A DNA stretch of 63,916 bases, filler included, from Saprolegnia diclina VS20 (lineage: Eukaryota), in assembly GCF_000281045.1 (NCBI RefSeq). It is 10 parts of 2 records of this genome, joined end to end, with 100 filler letters (N's around TTAATTAATTAA, not from the genome) between each part and the next. Parts side by side here need not be neighbours in the genome. Positions count along the whole stretch, not along the records: positions 31,108 to 43,738 come from NW_008246155.1; positions 43,839 to 62,793 come from NW_008246155.1; 8 more parts are not named here. The stretch is one strand, 5' to 3'. Positions 36,161-47,426 of this stretch are shown one piece after another (position 1 is the stretch's first letter; the number at the start of each line of letters is the position of its first letter). The notes beneath the pieces were generated by a model, which was not told the DNA's origin, ran no database searches, and worked only from the letters and a program-made list of their open reading frames with translations. The position numbers and the translations under genes were made by a program.

Positions 36161-37107
36161 GTCGCGCATAGCGCCAGCTGCATTCGGAAGCATAGACTAC
36201 CGTTCAGCAGGCCGCGGCTCTTCAAAATAGTCGATAAAAATGATCGACCTTGCAGCCGCCTTTCCACGCAGTACTATCGTCGACGTTGCAGTATCGATTG
36301 GCGCAAGATCCGCACTGAACACGGACTAGAAGAATCGGTGGTCACAATCCTGTGCAAACACAGATGCTTTTTTTGGGGCCAACAGGGTGGGGTGGCAGTC
36401 GCCTTTGCTGCATTGTACCACTGTTCTGGCATCGGACGGCAGTAGTGATGCATGCACCGATGAGCGCGTGTCTCTTTGGTGCGAGTGACCTATTATAAGT
36501 ATTCAACCCATAGACGGCTACCAGAACTCGTCGTCGCAAGGGCAGAAATGTATCGGCGAGGTTGGCGCGAAACTCAAAACAGCTGGTTCAGGAGACGTCA
36601 CAGTTGCAGGTATACAACCGAGCGCAAGCCACATGGCGCTAGCTTTTGACGCAACGAGGGGCTGGAAATGATCTGCGTTCAGCACATGATATCTGGATCT
36701 AAGAGACCTGTGGACCAGAGACAGTACATGCCGATGCGGCATGCGAGCGATCTACACGGAAAGGAAGGCGCGGCGCGACACGACACGGTATTCGAGTACG
36801 AGTCGGAAGCATGTGTCGACTTTGCTCTCTTTGTTGCGTAAGGACCTCGTTCCTAGAAGTCCATCACATTCCGTGCGCCAAGGTGCGATCGTTCGTGGTG
36901 GACGTGGGACCTGGAAAAAGTCCTTGACAGAATTCAAACGCTCCGGAGCAGTGGGAAGCTCCATGATTCAAGGAACCGACGTGGTGTGGTGACACGCTCC
37001 CGTTTACACTTCCATATCTTGAACTGATCGCGCATCGTGCAGCGAAAACTGGACTGCGTCGGCTTGCAGGACGTGGCTCACAATCCTTTTGGCTCAACGA
37101 CCGCACC

Positions 37108-39186
37108 ATGGTGTACCACCTCCAGGAGACGCCCACATACGCACGCAACACGATGGTGGAAGAAGCCAACAACGACTCCACCGACTCTGTGAATGCTACG
37201 ACCTCCGCTGCACCAGAACACCACCTCAAGGCGCTCGCACGCGCGATCGAGCCAACACGCGTGTCGGAGGGTACGCCAAAGTCCGTGTACGCTGGCCGCA
37301 TCAAAAGTCTCGCGCAGGCCGAAAAGCTGCTCGATGAGTGCTTGGAGAAGGACCCGGCCAAGCGCGTTGAGAATACGAAAAAGGTATTGTGCCTCTGCTG
37401 GGACGAGAAGACTTTATGATTACTACGGCGTAGGTCGAAGACATTTACCTGTACATGTACACGCCCGGGCGCGAGACGGGCTTCAGCGAACGCAAAGAGT
37501 CTCTCCGCAAAACGCCGCTCTACCTTCTTCTCCACGCCGACCGCTACGACCAGCCCACGACGCAACCCGAGCACCACCCAGAATTGAACCAGGCAACGAC
37601 AACGGACGTTGTGCTTGGTGCATTTGAGAAGAACGATATCAAGGCGCGCAAGAAGCACCTTCTCGACCACCCGGTGATGCGCGTCGTCATCACACTCAAG
37701 TGGCGGGTAACCATTTTCACTTTGCGCTGCGTGCAACTCATATTTTTACTAGGCGTTTGGCTTGCGCATGTACTGTGAACAGCGTCTCATGTTTTGGCTC
37801 CTCCTCGTCACGATGACCATCTCGGTTTCGATTGGTCTTGGCGTCTTGCCCGAGGCGACGTACGATGACCTTTTCATGGGCTGGCTCACGACGTGCTCGC
37901 TCCTCCTCATTGGGGTCGTTGCGACGCGCTTCTTGACGTGGAAGAACAAGAAGCCGTGGGCCTGCACGTTGGCGGTCACCCTTGCTTGTGTCGGCGGTGG
38001 CCTCCAGTACGTGTACGAGCCACTTCAAGCGCAATTGAGCTGGACCTCGTTTGGCCGCCTCAACAACATCGTGCTCAGTCTCTGCGCCATCTACTTTTGC
38101 GTCTTTGAGATCCGCGAGCTCGCGGCCGACATTGACGATCCCGGCTCAGTCAAAGCGGCCAAACGCCGCTCGAACGGTCAGTTGACAGAAAGCCACACTC
38201 GTACCTCGGCCAACCAGTCGGCCGGAAGAGCTAATGGGCTCGAGCTTGAAGAGAATCGTCCGATGTCGCACTGCGAAGCGCCCGAGAGTCCTTGGACGTG
38301 GGCCATGCTTCACCACTACTGCATCCACGCCCCAATCCATGGGATCAAATGCGCGATCGACTTGCTCCGCGGCAAGAGCACGTCGCCGTACCTCGAGTCG
38401 TACTGGAACCGAATCCAGTTCCCGACCTTCTTTGCCGTCTTTGCCTGCGCCGTCGGTGAGTTGACACTGCCGCTCACTGACGACGTGCGAACGTTTGCCA
38501 GTATTCCCGCGCTCTTCTTGCTCTACATCATGGGTCTCCAGAACCTCGAGGTCTTTGGCAACATCTCGTACCTCCTTCCGATGATGCGCCGCATGCTGAC
38601 GGACGTGGTCAGCTTTCTCGTTTTCTTCTGGTCGATCCAGTGCGGCTACACGTGTGCGTACTACCTCCTCTTCAAGAGCAAAGGCAACGACCCCGTCTTT
38701 GCGCCGTACGCGACCGTACCGCAGTGCTTTGTGACCACGTACCTCGTCACGTTTGCGCAGATCAATCTCGAGCCGTTCAAGGCGCTGACGTCGCCCGTCC
38801 AGTGGATCCTCGGCTACGTTCTGCTGCTGACGCACGCGACCATCTCGATCGTCATGCTGCTCAATGTGCTCATCGCGATGATGAACAAGACGATGGGCAG
38901 CTACTTGGAAGAAGCCAAGCACGAGGCCCGCGTGACGTTTGCCGAGTGTGTGCTGCGGTTGGAGAAGACCAAGACGTTTGCGACGACAGAAGCTGACCTG
39001 AAGGCGGTTATTGTCAAGGGCGACTCGTCGAACGACACGGTCAACGAGAAGATTGAAACACTCCTCGAACGCATGTGCCGCTCCCGCCGTGTCACCACCC
39101 GCAACCTCGATGTCCTCCAAGCCCGCGTCGGCGACGTCTTCTACATCCTCCAGGCGCAGAACGATGGTCTCTTCCACGTGATTTAA
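37108..39186 (+). CDS. TRP-like cation channel, paralog C (3 exons)
   Basis: 'LLDHPVMRVVITLKWR|AFG' and S6 'IVMLLNVLIAMMNKT'; introns ~37384-37432 and ~37707-37752. Confidence 0.85.
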
Positions 39187-40618
39187 GCGCGCAACAACAG
39201 TATTGTACTGTGATTTACGATTGATGAATTTCTTTTTTACTGTGAACACGAGACAAATATACTTGATGTCTCGCGGCATATCGCACTGGACGTCGGTCAC
39301 TACTTTGCTCTCGCAACCTGAATTCACAGCTTGAGATTGATAATGAGAAAACCCTTCGAAATGGCCCTTGATGACGCCATTTGAGATGTATTGAAGAGTC
39401 ATGCGACGAGGAGCAGATTAATGTTGTTCTATTTCACATAAACCTGCACCGCCAAGAACTTCCCCGACCACTGCGTCTACCGGTACTAAACCTCGAGAAG
39501 CGCGCGTAACTGCGATGAATAGTAACAACTTTATGAGCATTTTTATCATTTGTGTATCGCAGTTGTTGTTATGATCCTACTGCTGTTGTTCGTGCCCGCA
39601 CAAGACTGCATAAAAATACCGCATCGTGGTGACCAGACAGCTCGGCGAGCGAATGCCAGCAGAGTGACGTCACTCATCGTCCGAGTTGAGATCATCGTAA
39701 GGTCGTTGAGCGTCAAGCTGGTTCCAGTGGGCGTGTTGGACGATCGTCACTCTGCCGTATCATTATCCGGATCCGGATCCAATTTTTGCCGCCATCTTGC
39801 AGTATCACAACGAGCGCGTGCAAACAACAAGTCCAGTTGAGGTACCTGTCCCGACATTGAACTCGGTGCAAATGATAGCACTTGCACTGCAGCGCATCAT
39901 GGCAGTTGCCCACAGGATTCAATTTTGCATTTGCTCCCGCCGACATGCCGCACGCTGACGCCTCGCACGCATGCGACTTGGAGTGCGGTGCTCCAACGCT
40001 CACAATGACAAAGGCCAAACACATTGAGGCCTTGCACAATAGAGCACTCTCCTTCTTCCTCGTCCGTTCGCCGGGCTAGAGCGGCGCAAACCGCCATGAC
40101 GAGAGTATCCGGATAAGCACAGTAGTTACCCACAACACGTACTTTGAGCATATCTACTCGACGAGTGCATGGTGTTGGACGCGTACAATCCTGTGCAACC
40201 CGCGGTGGCGCGCGTCGATGGCCACGAGAGAGCTCCACGAGAGGCTTGGATGATCGAGCCGTGTTCCAAGCTTCCATTTTTATGTAAATCGATGATAGCA
40301 CGGGTGGTAGGTAGTACTATTGCAGCAGAAAAGCGGCGGGCCCAACAAGCCGAGTTCATTCCTCTGCGACCTCCCGTCGCCTCGAATATCTACCAATGGG
40401 TGAGCTTGAATTCCTTATCAGCCAATCCGAAAGCTCCAGTTTGGAGAATCCAGCCATGCGCGATCTGGATTGGTCGAAACAAACGAGATATCTGTCCAGT
40501 ACACACCGCAGCAACTTTTACAACGCTGTGCAAGCGACGATCACTTGCAGCACCGGCCATCCCACTCACTGCCCATGCACAGGATGTCCCCACATTGCTC
40601 ATTTTCGATTTCGCAGCC

Positions 40619-42463
40619 ATGAAGTTTCCACATTTGGAAAACAGTACCGCCCGACCCGGCCCACCGCTTCGTGACCTTGAGGAAGGAAACACGGACGGTC
40701 GCCTGACCCAGCTGAGGCAAGGGGTGTCCATGACGAGGCTCGACGCGCTGCGTGACCAAGTCGAGGGAGCTGAAAAAGCTATCACCAACTGGGTAAAAGC
40801 GTCGCCCGAGGTAGCGCTCCATCGTGTATACCATGAGGTCATTGCAGATGCATTTCTAGGAGCGCAACTCGGCCACCTCGGATATCGCTCAGGGGTTTAC
40901 AAAAGAGTTTGCCGAAGTCGCTTGGGAAAAAGATTTGTATATGCTCTTGCACCAGGAAAAAGCCGAGACCTCTACGACGAAGGCCACGAAGAAGGAGCTC
41001 TTGGAGCACCCCGTGATACGCCTCGTCGTGTTCCTTGGGTGGCGGGTACGACACTTTGAATGATATGACTTTGGTTCTCACCTTACCACATTGTGTAGGA
41101 GTTTGGTCTGCGCATGTACTGCGAGCAGCTCTTCATGCACTTGCTCTTGCTCTTGACGCTCACGGTGTCGCTCGGGATCTCGCTGGGGACCGCGACAGGA
41201 CCCAAATTTGAGAAAGTCCTTATGTTTTGGCTCGTCTGCACGCCATTCCTTCTCTTGTCGCTGCTTGCGACGCGCTTCTTGACGTGGAAGAACAAGGTGC
41301 CGTGCGCTTGGCTGACGCTCGTGCTGTGGTACGGCGTCGTCGCGGGCGTCCTCATTTACTACGACACGCTGCTTGAGCTTCTCGAGCCGCAGAAGCTTCC
41401 CAAAGCTAGCGACTTGAAGTGGTTTGGTCGCATCAACAACATTCTCCTCGGGCTCTCGGCGCTCTACTTTTGCATCTTTGAGCTCCGTGAGCTCGATGCC
41501 GACTCGAAGAAGCGCACAGGGTCCATGCTCACGTCGATCGTCAACTTGTTCAAGGGTAACAACCCGTCGCCGTACCTCGAGTCGTACTGGAATCGCATCC
41601 AGCTCCCAACCTTCTTCTTCGTCTTTGTCTACGTCGGCTGCGAGTTTACGGCGCCGTTCTCGGACAGTATGCGTGTTTACGCTGGCATTCCGGCCATCTT
41701 GCTGCTCTGGATCATGTGTGTCCAGTACCTCGAAGTCTTCCCCGCCGTCGGGTACCTCCTCCCAATGATGCGGCGCATGCTCGCCGACGTCGCTTGCTAC
41801 TTGGTCTTTTATTTTCCGATCCAGTGCGCGTACTCGAGCGCGTACTACCTCCTCTTCAAGAGCCAGGGCGACCACCTCAAGCCGTACGAGCCCGAGCCAG
41901 CGTTCGCGTCGAACTTTACGAGTGCCATCCACTACCTCTTCCCGAGTGCCAATGTCTCCAACGACGCAATGACGATGGCGCTCCTCGAGATTCTTAAGAC
42001 CAAGGACAAGAACGATGTCTTTCAAGGCTACGAAACCGTGCCCAAGAGCTTCCTCACCACGTACCTCGTCACGTTTGGCCAAATCAATTTGGAGCCGTTC
42101 GACCAGCTCGCGTCACCGTCGGCGTACGTGCTCGGCTACCTTCTCTTGGTCTCGCACGCGACGATCGTGATCGTCATGCTCCTCAACGTCCTTATCGCGA
42201 TGATGAACAAGACGATGGAGGCGCATTTCGCCGAAGACAAGGCGCAAGCATGCGTCACGTTCGCCGAGTGCGTGCTGCGCATGAGAAAGGTCGATACGTT
42301 GCCGGGTCAGACTATCGACTGGGAGGGTCTGGGCTTCTGGAACCTGTGCAAACGCATTATGGACACTGACGATTGCAACGTGACTCTCGCCAACAAATCA
42401 CTGCTCGAAGCGATTAAGACGCTCACAGCCAAAGTCGACAAGCTCCAGACTCGTCAGTCATAG
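40619..42463 (+). CDS. TRP-like cation channel, paralog D (exons ~40619-40810, 40860-41045, 41099-42463)
   Basis: Spliced frame gives 'LYMLLHQ...KKELLEHPVIRLVVFLGWR|EFG'; Inr-FPR GCTCATTTTCGATTT upstream. Confidence 0.85.
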
Positions 42464-42684
42464 TCACTTTTATAATCAATACTAATCGCGACTCAGCTTT
42501 TCATGGACACGTGTAGTTTATGGTGGATTCGTCCAGGGTGGCCTTGTGCTGTGAACTACACTGCGAATACAGCGCTGCCTCGAAGCGAAACGCCCTGCGG
42601 CCATCGCCTTTGAGGTTGTGGCCGGGCGGAGGCTCCGAATACCGGTGCTTTTGTTCGCAACAAGAAAATTATGAGCGAGAAGGC

Positions 42685-43483
42685 GATTGGGACGCTGCTC
42701 GACCGCATGACGCATTACGAGATGTGAGCCGCGCGACCAAATTTGGTATTCTGCAAGCAATTGAGGCACTCGACAAGAAGATCACGTCCAAACTCAGTTC
42801 TTAGACTTGGTGCCAACATCAATAATTTCTTACACTTGGTGCAGGCTCATTTGGCAAGCTCAAGTGCAAACTTATCGATACCTAAATCTTGGTGCAAACT
42901 CAAAGTGCAAACTCAAGTGCAAACTTGAAATGAAAAATCGAAGGTGCAGTAGCAAGGGGCGTTGCCCAGACGACCAAGGCTGGCGTGCCAAACGTCCATC
43001 AATCAACCAATATATTACTGTAAGAACACAGTTTCAAAGCCTACTTGCGACGCGTCTGGAGGCTTTTGACTCTGGAGCTGATCTTATCAATCGCGTGGAG
43101 CACTGCGCTGTCCTCGCTCTTCTCGTTGGCGTCGGCGCGCAGCATGTCTTCATACAAAACTTGCGCCTTGGACTTGTCGAGCTGTCGCCAGTACACTTCG
43201 GACATCGCCTGCGTCGTCGTCTTCTCCATCCGCAGCACACACTCAGCAAAGGTCACAGTCGCCTCGACCTTGGCTTCGTCCATGTAGGCGCCCATCGTCT
43301 TGTCCATCATCGCGATAAGGACGTTGAGGAGCATGACGATCACGATCGTCGCGTGCGAGACCAAGAGAAGGTAGCCGAGGATCGATGCCGACGTCGTCGC
43401 GAGCTGGTCGAACGGCTCCATGTTGATTTGACCAAAGGTGACGAGGTACGTGGTGAGGAAGCTCTTGGGCACGGTCTCGTAGC
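42685..43483 (-). repeat. ~800-bp inverted duplicate of ~35240-36040, including the 3' end of a paralog-B-like TRP gene (43041-43483)
   Basis: Near-identical reverse complement covering pore/S6/C-terminus, the intergenic region and the pseudogene tail. Confidence 0.9.
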
Positions 43484-44650
43484 CGGTGTTGCGATGCCCT
43501 CTTCAGCTATTGCATGCTTGCCTGTCTGCTTGCCGTCCCACGACGCGTCGGTACAGAGACGCCACGCGGGCGCGCCTTGCATACTTGACGCCTGCATATT
43601 GGTGCGGTCTGGGTGCGCGCTGTCCATCGTAAGCTGTTGGCCGCCAAGAGTGCCGATGCCACGCCGGCGGTCATCATCGTGCTCCACGTTCCGGCCATCT
43701 GCGCTACTGCGCTCCAGTGCAGCGATCGCGTCGTTCTTNNNNNNNNNNNNNNNNNNNNNNNNNNNNNNNNNNNNNNNNNNNNTTAATTAATTAANNNNNN
43801 NNNNNNNNNNNNNNNNNNNNNNNNNNNNNNNNNNNNNNTGCGTTGGCTTGCGTCGTACGAGATGCCGCAGCACGCGCAGCTCGGCCTCTTGCGCTACGCT
43901 ACGCGCTCGCAGCGCCGCCACCTCTGTCTGCAGCGAGGTCAGTTGAAGGTTGCGCTCGGTGTCGTGGGCTTGCAGTGCCGCCAGCTGCGCCTTTAGCACG
44001 TGGTTCTCAACGCACATGTCGGTTGCATTCGCGCTTGCATGGTCGGTCTCTGACTCGCGGAGCTACGCGTAAACATGAGTTGTCACCCGAGGAATGGTGC
44101 GATGAGGTACCGTCTCGGCGCCCTCGTGGGGAGGACGACTGGTTGGTGCTGTGCATTTGGTGGGTAATGTCGGTAGCTGACGGCGGTCGCGGTACTGCAG
44201 CAAGCACGCTTGACTACGGTGGGCGTTGGGGTGCATCGTCTCTCGGCTCGATTCACAAGTGCGCTTCTCCACTTTTGGGCGAAACTTGGGAAAGGCAATG
44301 TCATATCCGGATGACGTGGCGCGGTCTCCTTGCAGGACACTGAACCGCAATGTCAGCTTGAGCGTGCACCATCGTTTACGCCTTTGCTTTTGATCGAAGT
44401 ATATATTGTATTCAAATCAATTCACGGAAAAATTACTCAGTACCCAGGGATGCCGCAAATCAGCACGTTGAACTTCTGTCCATCACTGGCGACTTGTAGT
44501 GGGCCCAGCTAGTCTAAGCTTAGTAGATTTTCCAATATTTGCTGCATGTTGGTCATGCGTTTAGCAGATGCAAAACCCAAAACAAAACAAGTCCGTATTC
44601 CATTACTAGTACGAGGTGCCTTGTCTGCTTCAACTAGATCGTACATTGCA

Positions 44651-45631
44651 CTACAAGAGCGCGGCAAACTCTGGTTTGAGCTGGCCGTTGTCGTCCAAGA
44701 GGTGCAAGTGGGCGCGGTGGAGAAGGCGGACACGCCCAAACTCTTGGCTCGGTCCGCGCGGGGCGTTCTTCCGCTTTCTGGTTGCCGAATGCGTGTGGAA
44801 CACAGCCGCCCAATGGGTGCCACTGACGCCGGACGCCACGAGCGCGCACTTCTTTGCCCAAACGTTATCGGGACGGAGCGCCGCGGGTTCAAAACACACG
44901 GGCACGGCGAGGCGCGGGCCCCAGTCGTAGCCCTGATGCACGAGCTTGGAGTTCCACACAATCATGGCACCTTTTGGGACGCGAACCCGGAACGCGCTGG
45001 CTCGGTACTCGTCCACCATCGCTTCGGGGATGAGGCTAAAGAGCCGTGGCACCGGGTTGCCATCCATGACGGCCTCGTATTGCGTGCGGTGGGATCCTGG
45101 CCAGACGACCGTCGTGCTCGACTCGTCATTCGTGTCCCAGAGATACACGATCGACTGGAAGCACTCGTGCGCAATCAAGTCCCGGTGGTAATCGACATGG
45201 CCCCACGGTTGGCGCAATTTCTTTGGCGGGGACCGGTTGAACATGATGCTGTCTGTGCCAACGACAAGCTCCTTCGTACCATGGAGGATCTCGTAGCAGT
45301 GGCGAATTTTGCGGCTGCGTCGAATGTGCCACGCGAGCTGGCCTTGAGCGAGGCCGTGCTCCACGGGCCGGCCCAGTTGCACGTCGGCTGGCCACGTGTG
45401 CACCGGGTCCTCTGCAAGCGCGCGCGTCTCGGCGCTGTGCGTCATATCGAGAATCGCGCGCAGATCCGAGGCCCAGAGACCTTCGGCATAAGCAACGTCG
45501 TCGACGACGTTGGTGACAACGGCAAAGCCTTGCTCGGCCATGATGGCGAGGAACCGCGATGGGTCGGCCGCGATCTCGCTGTAGTCAATGGAGACGGCGG
45601 CTGTTGCTTGCGGGTCGAGAAGGCAGAACAT
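44651..45631 (-). CDS. Phytanoyl-CoA dioxygenase-like (PhyH) Fe(II)/2OG oxygenase
   Basis: 'QGFAVV', HxD 'WGHVD', 'QSIVYLWD...VVWPGSH' and 'VPKGAMIVWNSKLVHQG'. Confidence 0.85.
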   Translation of the reverse strand: MFCLLDPQATAAVSIDYSEIAADPSRFLAIMAEQGFAVVTNVVDDVAYAEGLWASDLRAILDMTHSAETRALAEDPVHTWPADVQLGRPVEHGLAQGQLAWHIRRSRKIRHCYEILHGTKELVVGTDSIMFNRSPPKKLRQPWGHVDYHRDLIAHECFQSIVYLWDTNDESSTTVVWPGSHRTQYEAVMDGNPVPRLFSLIPEAMVDEYRASAFRVRVPKGAMIVWNSKLVHQGYDWGPRLAVPVCFEPAALRPDNVWAKKCALVASGVSGTHWAAVFHTHSATRKRKNAPRGPSQEFGRVRLLHRAHLHLLDDNGQLKPEFAALL

Positions 45632-46368
45632 GGCCAATGCGGAAATGCCAAAGTGAAAGGGAACAAAGGCAAGAAAAATAGAAGAAAAATACAAGAATTT
45701 AAACCCGGTGGACGATAATTCTCGGCGAACACGAACCCCTGACCGACCGAATCACACTGCGTCGACGTCGTGCCGGCAGGTGCACCAGTCACTGTGTATA
45801 TTGCAGGCGTGGTGCCACGGGGTGCGTGCTCGGAATGCTCGCAAGGTGCGTGCGATTCTCGGTTAGTGACGGTCTCGGAATGCTGGTCTCGTAGATGGGT
45901 GGCGCGTTCTGTAGCCGAACGGTTCGGCCGAACGGTTCGCCTCGGGGGGTGGCGCTAGCGACTGGAAGTACATGGCGTATGATCATCTTTTTGGCTGCAG
46001 CGTTGAGTGCTGCCAATGAAGTATTTAAGCCTTATGGTCGATAGCCCGGGCGACAACTCGGTGGTCGGCTGGTTGAGCGGACCATTCTCGCACAGCAGCT
46101 TCCATTTCTCTTCGTCTTGTTCTCCGCAGTCAGAACCTACGACCAGGAAAGACTATGGTATTGACTCATTTGCTATTATACGACGTATGCACCCCATCGA
46201 GTGGATCGTTGGACTTGGAATTGGCTGGCAGAAATGCCGTGGCAACCGCCAGAACCGACCCGTTCGGCTCGCCAGCAACACTAACCGGTTAAATTATACA
46301 TGTGTTAACCGGTTTGTATCCGGACCGATTGGGCTGCGGTGGCAGCACAACAGAAAGCTCGCGGGCCG

Positions 46369-47069
46369 ATGGCGGACGACTGGCTTGAGGCTGCGCTGGC
46401 CGAGGCCATGGGCTTCGCCGAGGTGCAGGAGATCGCCGCCTTCATCCGGTCGCTGGCGACGTGCGACGAGATGCACGATGCGCTCATCAACATGTTTGGC
46501 GACGAGAAGGCCGACCTCGCCGCGTCGCTCGCCGACCAGCTCGTGGCCGAGCGCGACGGCCCGGTCGTGGCGGTCGTGACCATGGGCCCAATCATCAACT
46601 GCACGGGCTGTGGCAAGATCGAGGTGGACGGTCGCGACGATTGCTCTTTCTGCGGCAAAGCGCTCGAGTACACGGAAGACCCGCGCGACGAGCCCGCTGT
46701 CGTGGCCGCGCGCGAGCACCGTGACCGCCTCCTTGCGCTCGACGCCACCCAGTCCCAGCGCACGGTACAGCGTCTGCCTCGTCACCATCTCTCTTAGGTA
46801 CATGCTTGTAGACGGTCATTGACGCCAACGCGCACTTTGACGCGGACAAGCGGAGTCGCGAGGCGCGGACGGGCACCGCCGTCGTGGACATTGACCTCGT
46901 CAACCGCACAATCCTTCGGCGAGCGCCCATGAGCGACGAGAGCGCGGCGATGGTCGAAGGCCTCATGAAGCAGCTCGAGCGCGAGAGCAAAAAGGCCCCC
47001 CGCGGCCCCCAGACCGACTTCAGCGTCGCCGTCGATATGGACGACGATGCTGCTGGCAGCTACTTTTGA
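46369..47069 (+). CDS. ASC-1/TRIP4/Rqt4-like zinc-finger protein (short form; intron ~46766-46811)
   Basis: 'NCTGCGKI...CSFCG' followed by 'AREHRDRLLALD..QRT|TVID' resembles the zf-C2HC5 region; PWI-like helical N-terminus. Confidence 0.65.
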
Positions 47070-47426
47070 TCGACAATATTCAACCTGCGTCTTGTGTGCT
47101 GTAGACATGTGCTGTAGACCGTAGACAACAATGGTATATCTACCGCTCTAAACGCAAGAGATATGAACCGCGTCTCGACCATCGGGCAGCAGCATGACAT
47201 GGAGAAGAGCCCGAGCGACAGGGCTGCCATCGACGACTGTCAACTACGCTCGCCCAGGAAGAATAGCGCGACAACCGTTATTGGTGGCTTGCATAAACGA
47301 CCTCAAAGGACTAGCCTTGGACCCACCGGAAGCATATATCTCGATGACAAGAATGTACAAACTAGAACGCATGGTTTATGCAGAGGTCGTTGTCTATTCA
47401 CACGCCAAATGGCGATGCCAAAGTGG

